A stretch of 32,000 nucleotides of DNA from Phycisphaera mikurensis NBRC 102666 (GTDB lineage Bacteria; Planctomycetota; Phycisphaerae; Phycisphaerales; Phycisphaeraceae), in contig NC_017080.1 of assembly GCF_000284115.1 (NCBI RefSeq), positions 660,001 through 692,000 of the forward strand. The letters run 5' to 3'. The notes below the pieces were generated by a model. The model saw only the letters and a list, made by a program, of their open reading frames with translations. It was not told where the DNA came from and ran no database searches. A program made the translations under genes and the position numbers. Below, one piece after another: positions 24,194-32,000 of the stretch. How positions within the stretch are numbered: the first letter of the stretch is position 1; every line of letters begins with the position of its first letter.

Positions 24194-26949
24194 GCCGGGC
24201 TCCCGAATCGGAAAGTCTCGAAGGCTTTGGCGGCGAGCGTCGCGTGCAGCACGCCGTCGCGGAGCGTATGGGGCTCCTCCAGCGGCCGGCTCTCGCCGTT
24301 GACGCGCTGCGCGGTGGCGAGCGGCCCGCGGGCGGGCGGATGCAGCGAAAGCGAGAAGGCGGCGGGCTCGCCGGCGGGGTTGAAGAGGCGGGCCTCGATC
24401 CCGTCGCCGACGCGGCGGAGGCTCGAGAGCACGACGGCGCCGCGCAGCTCGGCGGCCGAGCCGGCCGCGGCGAGGCCGGCGGGGCGGTGCCAGAAGCCGG
24501 CGTGGACGCCCTGCTTCTGCACGGCCTGCGCACCGGCGTTGAGGCGCTGGCCGGCTTCGGTGAGCCCGACCGGGTCGGGCGCGGCGGAGAGCGGGTGGAT
24601 GCTGAAGCCGAAGCCCATGGCCCCGGGCAGCTGGCCGTCGGGCTCGCCCTCGCTGAAGGGCGTGCGTCGGTTCGAGCGGAAGAGCGTCAACGCGATCGGC
24701 CGATCGGGCAGGTCGCGCACGCAGGTTTCCATCAGCCCGGCCGTCACCACCGCGAGCCCGCGGCGGCCGTCCCAGGCCGCGGTCCAGCTCTGCTGCGGGC
24801 CGACCTCGTACGCGGTCTCCCGCCAGCCCGCGGCGTCCGCGGCGACCCCCACCGGCCGCTCGACCGCGTCGAAGGGCGAGTCGACGGCGTAGCGGTCGAC
24901 GTCGGCGCCGGTCGGGAAGAGCACGCGGAGGCGGTGGTCCTCGGCGGTGTTCTCGACGGTGCAGCGGACGCGGACGCAAGCTTCGCCGCCGCGGACCGTG
25001 ACCCGCTGGGTGACCGGGAGCTCCACGGTCCGCGGCGAGCGGGTCAGGCCGTGGCGCTGCAGAGAGGCGGGGACCCGCAAGCGGGTGGTCACCTCCAGCG
25101 TCGCCTGCAGCGGGCCGTCCTCGACGAGCGCGACCGAGAAGGGCGCGCCAAGCGAGCCGATCAGCCGGTCGTTGACCGGGGCTTCGTGGTGCCAGCCGTC
25201 GCCGGCGTCGCCGTTGTCCTCGAGCCCGAGCAGGCCGCGGTAGGCCTCGCCCGAGGCGTGATCGAGCACGGCGAGCGTGCCGTCGTTCCCGACGCTCACG
25301 CGGAGCCGGCCGTTGTCGATCGACGCGGCCCCGGTCGCGAGGCCGCGCCCGAGGCGGCGGCCCGGAGCGGGTTCGTCCGCGGGCACGGCCCGCACCGCGA
25401 GGGCCCGCCAGCCCAGCGGCGGGAGCCCCGCGCGCAGCGCGACGCGCACGCGGTGGCAGCGCTCCTGCTTCGGGTTCCGCGCCGGCAGCCGGAAGACCCG
25501 CTTCGCGTCACGCCGCTGGGAGAGCAGCTGGTACGGCACGCGCTCGCCGCCGCCGTCGACGAGGACGAAGGCGGTGACCGGCTCCTCGTCGATGCCGAAG
25601 GTTTCGGCTTCCGGCCAGCCGGTCGGCACCTCGACGTCCACCTCCGCCACGCCGTCGTCGGCGCGCGGCAGCGGGTTGAAGAGCACGAGCCGCTCCTCGT
25701 CGGCTCCGACCGCGGTGTCGATGCCGCCGGCGATCCCCGCGAGCGACGCCCGGGTCGACTTCAGCGCGAGCTGCTCGACCTGCCGGAAGCGGCCGGCCAT
25801 GTCGCGGTGCACGTCGTCGATGCTGCAGCCGCAGATGGAGTCGTGCGGGTGGTTCTTCATCAGCGTCGCCCACGCGTGATCCATGAAGCCGGGGGCCTCG
25901 GGCCTTCCGCGGACGCCCTCGGCGAGGAAGCCCCAGGGCTCGGCCCAGTGGCACAGCAGCGCCTGGCAGCGGCAGTTCTGCTGCTTGATCCACACGCGGC
26001 TGGCGGAGGTCCCGCCCGTCAGCCACTGCTGGTCGATGCCGATGGGCTCGGTGCCGAATGCGCGCAGCTCGCCTTGCTTCCGCTCGGTGATGCGGGCCGC
26101 CTGGTCGACCACCGCCCGCTGGTGCTCGTCGAGGCCGACGTGCCGCAACGCGAAGCGTTCGCCGCCCGCCTCGATCTCGCCGAGGTTCTCCTTGAGCAGC
26201 CCGTACGTCGCCGCGTCGAGCCCGTTGTGGTCGGGGCCGTCGAACAGCAGCACGGCGTCGATCGGGGTTCTCGCCGCCTCCGCCGCCAGGTATTCGCGGA
26301 GGCGTCGGTGGTACGCGGGGACGCCGTCCTCCACCCGCGGCCGGGCCTCCGCGTGGTCGGTGAACTGGCCGACGTTGACCGCGTAACCCCAGTAGCCGTT
26401 GGTGCCGAAGCGGTGGCAGGGCAGCTGGGTGCCATCGGCTCCGGTCCAGAGGAAGTTGCGGGTGGCGTGCAGGTTGATGCCGCGCCACAGGTAGGCGGCG
26501 GGGATGTCGAAGGCGGCGAGGATCCCGGGCATCTGGCTGTTGTGGCCGAAGAGGTCGCAGAGGAAGCCGGCGTCGCTGGGCTCGGCGCCGAGGGCGCGGA
26601 CCCGCTCGCGGCCCAGCCGCAGGTTGCGGATCAGCGACTCGCCGCTCACCAGCAGCTCGTCGGCGAGCGTGTACCACGGGCCCGAGACGATGTCGCCGCG
26701 GCGGAGCGCCCGGCCGAGTTCTTCGCGTCGCTCCGGCCGGATCTCCAGGTAATCCTCCAGCTGGACGCACTGGCCGTCGGTGAAGAAGGGGCCGGCCAGC
26801 TCGCCCGAGGCCAGGGCGTCGAGCACGCGGTCGAACAGCTCGACGAGCTCGTAGCGGAAGACCTGCAGCGGCCGGTACCACTCGCGGTCCCAGTGGCTGC
26901 TGAAGACGTAGAACGCCGGGCGGGGCGCGGGGGGCGGGGCGTCGGGCAT
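24190..26949 (-). CDS. glycoside hydrolase family 38 alpha-mannosidase
   Basis: AFYVFSSHWDREWYRPLQVFRYELVELFDRVLDAL...DGQCVQLEDYLEIRPER...FLCDLFGHNSQMPGILAAFDIPAAYLWRG...LTGGTSASRVWIKQ. Confidence 0.93.
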   Translation of the reverse strand: MPDAPPPAPRPAFYVFSSHWDREWYRPLQVFRYELVELFDRVLDALASGELAGPFFTDGQCVQLEDYLEIRPERREELGRALRRGDIVSGPWYTLADELLVSGESLIRNLRLGRERVRALGAEPSDAGFLCDLFGHNSQMPGILAAFDIPAAYLWRGINLHATRNFLWTGADGTQLPCHRFGTNGYWGYAVNVGQFTDHAEARPRVEDGVPAYHRRLREYLAAEAARTPIDAVLLFDGPDHNGLDAATYGLLKENLGEIEAGGERFALRHVGLDEHQRAVVDQAARITERKQGELRAFGTEPIGIDQQWLTGGTSASRVWIKQQNCRCQALLCHWAEPWGFLAEGVRGRPEAPGFMDHAWATLMKNHPHDSICGCSIDDVHRDMAGRFRQVEQLALKSTRASLAGIAGGIDTAVGADEERLVLFNPLPRADDGVAEVDVEVPTGWPEAETFGIDEEPVTAFVLVDGGGERVPYQLLSQRRDAKRVFRLPARNPKQERCHRVRVALRAGLPPLGWRALAVRAVPADEPAPGRRLGRGLATGAASIDNGRLRVSVGNDGTLAVLDHASGEAYRGLLGLEDNGDAGDGWHHEAPVNDRLIGSLGAPFSVALVEDGPLQATLEVTTRLRVPASLQRHGLTRSPRTVELPVTQRVTVRGGEACVRVRCTVENTAEDHRLRVLFPTGADVDRYAVDSPFDAVERPVGVAADAAGWRETAYEVGPQQSWTAAWDGRRGLAVVTAGLMETCVRDLPDRPIALTLFRSNRRTPFSEGEPDGQLPGAMGFGFSIHPLSAAPDPVGLTEAGQRLNAGAQAVQKQGVHAGFWHRPAGLAAAGSAAELRGAVVLSSLRRVGDGIEARLFNPAGEPAAFSLSLHPPARGPLATAQRVNGESRPLEEPHTLRDGVLHATLAAKAFETFRFGSPA
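24987..25037. repeat. related inverted repeat inside GH38 coding sequence
   Basis: CGCCGCGGACCGTG (24987-25000) / CACGGTCCGCGGCG (25024-25037), perfect 14-bp arms, 23-bp centre. The 10-mers CCGCGGACCG / CGGTCCGCGG are 27 bp apart, not 26. Confidence 0.6.
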
Positions 26950-26995
26950 GTCGGGCGGGGGAGAGGATTCGAGAGAGGGGACGCCGGCGCCGCGC

Positions 26996-28510
26996 TCAAG
27001 ACGGCGGCGCGGCGTGGTAGATCGTGGTCAGCCAGCGGTCGCAGACGTTCTCGCCGGTGTCCTCGCCGAGCCCGAAGGCCCAGACGATCTCGCGGGGTTC
27101 GGGCGGGCGGTCGATGAGCGCGACCACCTCGTGGGTGCCGGGCCCGAAGCGTCGGCGGGCCATCTGGTTGGCCGGTGCCCGGTGCATCGCCGGGCACATG
27201 CGGCCCCCCTCGCGCTCGAAGGCCAGCTTGCCGTCGATGTACACCCGCACCGACTCGGGGGTGTTGAAGAGCACCTTGGTGGCCGTTTCGTCGTCGAAGT
27301 CGAAGCGGTAGCGGACCGCCATCGTGCCGCCCTCGAAGCGATCGGCCGGCCAGCGAGCGACCGTGCCCGGCAGCTCCACCGAGTGCATCTCCCCCAGCCG
27401 CGGGAGCGGGACCGCGGCGCCCAGCGCCGGCTCGCTCGCCTGGTTCCGCGAGCGGATGACCGGGAGGAAGCCGATCTCCGCGGGCACCGCGAGCCGCGGC
27501 GGTTCCGCCCGCGGCGGCGACGCCGGCGGGGCCCCGCCGATGCGCCGGCGGAGGTCGAGGACGAGGTCGGTGAAGGCGTCGAGCGTGGGCGGGTGGCCTG
27601 GCAGCTCGATCGACGGGCTGAGCACCAGGTCGCGGCCGATCGGCTCGAGCCACTTGGCGGGGATGCCGCCGGGGTCGAGGATCCCCAGCAGAGCCCCGAG
27701 GGTCGCCCCCGTGCAGTCGGTGTCCTGCCCGCAGTTCACCGCGATGCAGAGGCTCTCCCCGAAGTCGCCGCCGCCGGCGAGCCAGCCGAGCACCGTGAAG
27801 GCGACGTTCTGCACAACGTCGGTGCAGTTCTCGTGGCCCCAGCGCGAGAGGATCCGGCGGCGGACGTCCCGCCAGTCGGGCCGCTCGGCGTGCCACCGCC
27901 GCGTGTCCGCGACGGCGAGGCGGACCTTCGAGGAGGCGGGCAGCAGAGCGGACGCGGCGTCGAGCAGCGCGTCGCGGTCGCTCTCCACGAAGGCGAGCGC
28001 CTCCAGCGCCGCGAAGAAGCGGGCCGCCTCGATGCCCTCGCCCGCGTGATCGAGGCAGGCGTCCTCGTACGCGTAGTCCGCCGCGAGCCCGGGGTCCCCC
28101 GCCGCCAGGCACGCCCAGAGCTCGGTGCGGATCGCGGCGCCCATCCCGTGGGCGAACCAGTTGTCCCACGACCCGGTGTGGGGCGGGCGCAGGCCCAGCG
28201 CCAGGTTGCGTTTGCAGAGGCCGTACTCGTCGGGCGACATGTGCACGTGATCGGTCCACAGCGGGATGAGCATCTCGCGTCCCACCCGCGGCCGCTCCAT
28301 CCGGTCCAGCAGAGCCGCCGCGACGACCTGCAGGTCCAGGTCGTCGTTGGGGATCATCTCCGCGGGGACGGGGTCGTAGTAGCGGAGCCCGAGCGCGTGC
28401 GTGACGCCCTCGTACGGCTGGCCGAGCGTGCCGCCGACGGCCTTGCCCAGCCAGCAGCCGGTCGCCTTGGAGCGGAGGGTTTCGTCGTCGAGAGGCGGTG
28501 CGGTGGTCAT
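26996..28510 (-). CDS. ADP-ribosylglycohydrolase family protein with C-terminal extension
   Basis: MTTAPPLDDETLRSKATGCWLGKAVGGTLGQPYEG...MIPNDDLDLQVVAAALLDR...AVNCGQDTDCTGATLGALLGILDPGGIPAKWLEPIG; about 170-residue C-terminal part with FDFDDETATKVLFNTPESVRVYIDGKLAFE. Confidence 0.85.
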   Translation of the reverse strand: MTTAPPLDDETLRSKATGCWLGKAVGGTLGQPYEGVTHALGLRYYDPVPAEMIPNDDLDLQVVAAALLDRMERPRVGREMLIPLWTDHVHMSPDEYGLCKRNLALGLRPPHTGSWDNWFAHGMGAAIRTELWACLAAGDPGLAADYAYEDACLDHAGEGIEAARFFAALEALAFVESDRDALLDAASALLPASSKVRLAVADTRRWHAERPDWRDVRRRILSRWGHENCTDVVQNVAFTVLGWLAGGGDFGESLCIAVNCGQDTDCTGATLGALLGILDPGGIPAKWLEPIGRDLVLSPSIELPGHPPTLDAFTDLVLDLRRRIGGAPPASPPRAEPPRLAVPAEIGFLPVIRSRNQASEPALGAAVPLPRLGEMHSVELPGTVARWPADRFEGGTMAVRYRFDFDDETATKVLFNTPESVRVYIDGKLAFEREGGRMCPAMHRAPANQMARRRFGPGTHEVVALIDRPPEPREIVWAFGLGEDTGENVCDRWLTTIYHAAPPS

Positions 28511-28539
28511 CGGGAGAGGTGGGGCGGGCCAGAAGGTCC

Positions 28540-28550
28540 TGTATGATACA
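28540..28550. promoter_or_regulatory. candidate operator palindrome, regulator / mannosidase divergent region
   Basis: TGTAT-G-ATACA, perfect palindrome; GTATGATACA matches GTACCATACA at 28766-28775 in 8 of 10 positions. Confidence 0.5.
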
Positions 28551-28744
28551 TGATGCGGAACCGATCCGGTGGGCTTCGGGGCGTTCCGCGGGCTGCCGGC
28601 CGCGCCGGCGGTGCCGCGGCGACGCGGCGAGGAGCCCCTGTTGACGGCCGCGGATCCGCCCGCTGGCCGGACCCGCCGGCGGCGTCCACGCGGCGGAGCC
28701 GGGAGAGAAACTTCCGCGACCGGCCGGATCTTCCGCAAGATCCC

Positions 28745-28772
28745 TTGCAATACACCCGCGACCCAGTACCAT
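28745..28772 (+). promoter_or_regulatory. candidate promoter immediately upstream of the regulator ATG
   Basis: TTGCAA (28745-28750), 16 bp, TACCAT (28767-28772); ATG at 28780. Confidence 0.4.
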
Positions 28773-28779
28773 ACAGTCC

Positions 28780-29880
28780 ATGCCGGTGATCGACCCCAAC
28801 CCACTCGTTGAGCAAGTCCGGGCGGACCTGCGTCGGCGGGCCGGCAGCACCTACGCGGTGGGCACCCGCCTGCCGCCGATGCGCCGCCTCAGCGACGACT
28901 TCGGCTGCAGCCTCGGCGTGGTGCAGATGGCGATCAACACCCTCGTCGCCGAGGGCCGGCTGCGCAGCGAGCCCCGGAAGGGGATCTTCGTGGCCGAGCC
29001 GCCGGTCACGCAGAAGCGCGACGTCGCGCTGGTGCTCCCGACGCTGAAGCTCGAGGCGATGGACGCGATCATCCGCGGCGTCCGCGGCGGCCTCCGCGAC
29101 GAGTCGCTCCGCCTGGACATCCAAGCCGCCGACGCGAGCTATGCCGGCCAGATCGGCTTGCTCGATCGGCTCGACCTCACCCGCCTCGCCGGCGTCATCA
29201 TCTGTCCGCCGATCGCCGACGCCTACGCGGACGCCATCCAGCGCTTCGCCGACCGCGGCGTCCCGGTGGTGCAGGCGACCCACCGCCTCTCGGAGGTCCG
29301 CTGCGACACCGTCGTCATCGACGGCTTCGACCTCGGCCGCGGCGCCGCCGAGCACCTGCTCGGCTGCGGTCACCGCCGCATCGGGCTGCTCGGGATGTCG
29401 CAGGCGTCGCGCACGATGCGGGACACCCTCAGCGGGGTCCGCACCGCGTTGCGGAACGCGGGCCTCGATCCCGACACCCTGCCCTCGGCCGACTTCGACC
29501 TCTCGCAGAACGACGTCGAGCACCCCTGGGCCTCCGCCGAGGCCGCCGCGACGCGGCTGCTCACCGAGAACCCCGGCCTCACCGCCGTGCTCGCCGGCTC
29601 GCACTACCCCGCCCTGGGGGCGGCCCGCGCCGCGGCCACGCTGGGCCTGTCCATCCCCGGGGACTTCTCGCTGATGGCGATGGGGGCCGACATCCAGGGC
29701 CTCCGGCTCTGGCAGCCCGGCATCACGCTGATGGAGGACCCGATCGAGTTCATCTGTCAACGGGCGGCCGTCCGCCTCGAGCAGGTCCTCGCCGAACCCG
29801 GGCAGCCGCCCGAGGTGATCCAGCTCCCGCCGCGGCTGATCGTCCGCGGCAGCGTCGCCGCGCCCGCTTCGGGCGGCTGA
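28780..29880 (+). CDS. transcriptional regulator, GntR-type wHTH with LacI/PBP1-like sensor domain
   Basis: VEQVRADLRRRAGSTYAVGTRLPPMRRLSDDFGCSLGVVQMAINTLVAEGRLRSEPRKGIFV...KRDVALVLPTLKLEAMDAIIRGVRGGLRD...LGCGHRRIGLLGMSQAS. Confidence 0.9.
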   Translation: MPVIDPNPLVEQVRADLRRRAGSTYAVGTRLPPMRRLSDDFGCSLGVVQMAINTLVAEGRLRSEPRKGIFVAEPPVTQKRDVALVLPTLKLEAMDAIIRGVRGGLRDESLRLDIQAADASYAGQIGLLDRLDLTRLAGVIICPPIADAYADAIQRFADRGVPVVQATHRLSEVRCDTVVIDGFDLGRGAAEHLLGCGHRRIGLLGMSQASRTMRDTLSGVRTALRNAGLDPDTLPSADFDLSQNDVEHPWASAEAAATRLLTENPGLTAVLAGSHYPALGAARAAATLGLSIPGDFSLMAMGADIQGLRLWQPGITLMEDPIEFICQRAAVRLEQVLAEPGQPPEVIQLPPRLIVRGSVAAPASGG

Positions 29881-29991
29881 GCCCGCCGCTTCTCCGCGGG
29901 CGTTCGTGCCCGCCGCGTTTCTGTTTCCAGCCGCTTCTCCGGCACCGCTTCTTCCCCGCATCCCCTTCACCCCCTCTTCACGGAGTCCCCG

Positions 29992-30723
29992 ATGTCCACG
30001 TCCCCTCCCGCCCCGTCCACCCGCGCGGGCTTTACCCTGATCGAGCTGCTGGTGGTGATCTCGATCATCGCCCTTCTGATCGGCATCCTGCTGCCGGCGC
30101 TGGGCGCCGCGCGCAACACGGCCCGCTTGTCGGCGTGCCTGAGCAACCAGCGGCAGATCTCGATCGCCTACGCCGTCTACGCGGCCGACTTCAAGGAGAC
30201 CTGGCCGCTCGCCTTCGGCCTGGGCACCTTCTTCAGCTCGCCGCCGATGCCCTTCATGTCGTGGAACGAGACGCACCTGTGGCCGCAGATGCAGGGCCGC
30301 GAGCAGCCGTGGAACTTCGACAACGTCGTGAGCTCGGTCTTCGTCTGTCCCGAGTACGAGAAGTCCAGCGTCGCCCAGCCGCACGACATCTCCTTCGGCA
30401 TGAACCAGATGCTGCCGTCCGTGGGCTCGACCGGCCCCAGCGGCCCGGTGCCCTTCTACTGGGACTATAAGAAGCCCGAGCAGATCAAAGACGCGACGGG
30501 CGCGATGGTGGTGATCGACAACAACGGCTCGGCGATCTCCGGCCAGGCGGCGCAGATGCAGACGCTCAAGGAGGTCTCGGACCGGCACATGAACGCCGTG
30601 ACGATGCAGTTCGCCGACGGGCACGCGGAGTCGCGGAAGTTCGAGGAGATCCCCCCGAACCTCGAGGCCGACGGAGCCACCAGCGCCGGTCACGCCGAGG
30701 ACACCTTCTGGCGTGGCGACTGA
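29992..30723 (+). CDS. prepilin-type N-terminal cleavage/methylation domain protein
   Basis: [59 protein letters not shown]...[15 protein letters not shown]. Confidence 0.92.
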   Translation: MSTSPPAPSTRAGFTLIELLVVISIIALLIGILLPALGAARNTARLSACLSNQRQISIAYAVYAADFKETWPLAFGLGTFFSSPPMPFMSWNETHLWPQMQGREQPWNFDNVVSSVFVCPEYEKSSVAQPHDISFGMNQMLPSVGSTGPSGPVPFYWDYKKPEQIKDATGAMVVIDNNGSAISGQAAQMQTLKEVSDRHMNAVTMQFADGHAESRKFEEIPPNLEADGATSAGHAEDTFWRGD

Positions 30724-30857
30724 ACGCCGCCGTGGCCGCGCCGGCGCGCGGCCCGGAGCTCGCCCTGCGGGAGCCAACCCTCCCGCGCGGCCTTCAAACC
30801 CGGCGGAGCGTTCCGTCGACACCTCACACGCCGCATCCTGCGGCAGAAACGGATTGG

Positions 30858-31682
30858 ATGAAAATGATGAGCACGACCCCCTCTTGCCGTCTCCCACGGG
30901 TCGCCGCGGCCGCGATCGCAGCGGCCGGCGTCGCCTCCAGCGCCTCCGCGGCCTCCTTCAACGACACCTTCGACAGCGCGGGCGACATCGCCAGCAACTA
31001 CACCGGCTTCGAGCTGACCAGCTCCGAGACGGCGGCCGGTGTCGACAGCAACACCTACAGCAGCGGCAGCAGCTTCGCGCTGGACCCCGTGGACGGCCAG
31101 GTGGACTTCACGGTGACGATCCCCAGCGGGTTCAACCTGAACATCCTCCAACGCAGCGTCGACGCGGCGAACCTCTACGACATCAACCAGGGCATGAGCC
31201 TGACGATGAACGCCAGCGGCCTCGATCCCACGTTCTTCGACGCGATCCGCAACCCGGCCACCTTCGGGACCTCCGGCGGCACGCTCAACGCGGACATCAC
31301 CGTCTCGGTGCAGAACATCGACTTCGGCCAGTACCGCCTCGGGGTGCAGGTGGGCGGCGTCGATCTGCCCGGCGGCGGCCAGCAGAACTACGCCGGTTCG
31401 CCGGACGGGGTGAACTTCACGCTGAACATCGACAACGACAGCTACAGCGTGCTGGCCGACGGCGCCGAGCTGATCGCCGACACGGCCCACGGCATCGTCT
31501 TCAGCTCGCTGGAGGGCGTGACGCCCACGGTCGGCGCCCAGAACGTCTTCGCGGGCGGGGGCAACACGTCGCTGTCCATCAACAGCTTCGCGGGGACCGG
31601 CGTCGCCGTGCCCGAGCCCGCCACCGCCACGCTCGCCGCCGCCGGCCTGGGCCTGCTGACGCTCCGCCGCCGCGGACGGTGA
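30858..31682 (+). CDS. PEP-CTERM sorting domain-containing secreted protein
   Basis: MKMMSTTPSCRLPRVAAAAIAAAGVASSASAASFNDTF... and C-terminal VPEPATATLAAAGLGLLTLRRRGR. Confidence 0.88.
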   Translation: MKMMSTTPSCRLPRVAAAAIAAAGVASSASAASFNDTFDSAGDIASNYTGFELTSSETAAGVDSNTYSSGSSFALDPVDGQVDFTVTIPSGFNLNILQRSVDAANLYDINQGMSLTMNASGLDPTFFDAIRNPATFGTSGGTLNADITVSVQNIDFGQYRLGVQVGGVDLPGGGQQNYAGSPDGVNFTLNIDNDSYSVLADGAELIADTAHGIVFSSLEGVTPTVGAQNVFAGGGNTSLSINSFAGTGVAVPEPATATLAAAGLGLLTLRRRGR

Positions 31683-31709
31683 GCTCCGACGCCGAGATGC
31701 ACCCCCGAT

Positions 31710-31743
31710 CCGCGGGCGGCCCACCGGCCTCCCGCGGCCTTTT
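31710..31743 (+). terminator. intrinsic terminator downstream of the PEP-CTERM gene
   Basis: CCGCGGGCGGCC-cacc-GGCCTCCCGCGG (11 of 12 paired) followed by CCTTTT. Confidence 0.7.
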
Positions 31744-31780
31744 GAGTCCGCGTCCCACTCCTTCCCTTCAGGATCACTCG

Positions 31781-32000
31781 ATGCCCTCCACCCTCCTGCT
31801 CGCCGGCGGCGGCCTGCTCGCGCTCACCTCCACGCTGCTCGCCGCCGGTGCCGCCTCCGCCGCGCCCATGTCCGGCGTGACCGTCGGCTTCGGCGAAGCG
31901 GTGCCCGTGAACCGCGGCGCCTTCGGCCTCAACAACAACAACGCGGCCGCGGACGCCCGCACCAACGGCGACGCGTACCCCGCGCTCATCAAGGCCTTGG
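31781..32000 (+). CDS. secreted protein, truncated by window edge
   Basis: MPSTLLLAGGGLLALTSTLLAAGAASAAPMSGVTVGFGEAVPVNRGAFGLNNNNAADARTNGDAYPALIKAL; signal peptide, reading frame open to edge. Confidence 0.6.
   Translation, partial: MPSTLLLAGGGLLALTSTLLAAGAASAAPMSGVTVGFGEAVPVNRGAFGLNNNNAAADARTNGDAYPALIKAL

Noticed and set aside
24244-27117. 957-aa plus-strand ORF opposite GH38
   Set aside because: Antisense shadow ORF of a high-GC gene; His/Ala/Gly/Asp-rich sequence with no domain motif, whereas the minus strand encodes clear GH38.
29881-29901. GCCCGC-N9-GCGGGC hairpin after the regulator gene
   Set aside because: Only a 6-bp stem directly abutting the stop codon with no T-tract; too weak to call a terminator.

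Overview
High-GC, gene-dense window whose gene content (LpxC-FabZ fusion, LpxA, PEP-CTERM protein, pseudopilin-like protein, GH38/GH125) suggests a Planctomycetes/Phycisphaerae-like genome; that assignment is inference. Clear genes: lpxA (cut by the left edge), fused lpxC-fabZ, glnA, rpsO, hemL, serA, an HhH-GPD DNA glycosylase, a DinB/DUF1569-like protein, an FAD disulfide oxidoreductase, a BNR/sialidase-like secreted protein, an RsmB-like methyltransferase, a bifunctional-nuclease-domain protein, two ADP-ribosylglycohydrolase-family proteins, a C4 zinc-ribbon coiled-coil protein, tRNA-Ala(GGC), an aminoglycoside phosphotransferase/fructosamine-kinase-like protein, a transglutaminase / alpha-E / circularly permuted ATP-grasp cluster, a GH125-GH38 alpha-mannosidase cluster with a divergent GntR/PBP1-type regulator, a pseudopilin-like protein, a PEP-CTERM protein and a truncated secreted ORF. 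Two non-coding signals stand out. (1) Four intergenic copies of a 46-bp inverted-repeat element, CCGCGGACCG-N26-CGGTCCGCGG, have perfect 10-bp arms and exactly 26 bp of largely unconserved spacer. A related 14-bp-arm version lies inside the GH38 gene. (2) A 139-bp-period array at about 18022-18676 lies between convergent genes. Its 54-bp core folds either as one long hairpin or as three small hairpins, and the two mismatches in the long stem are exactly those that preserve the palindrome inside each arm.
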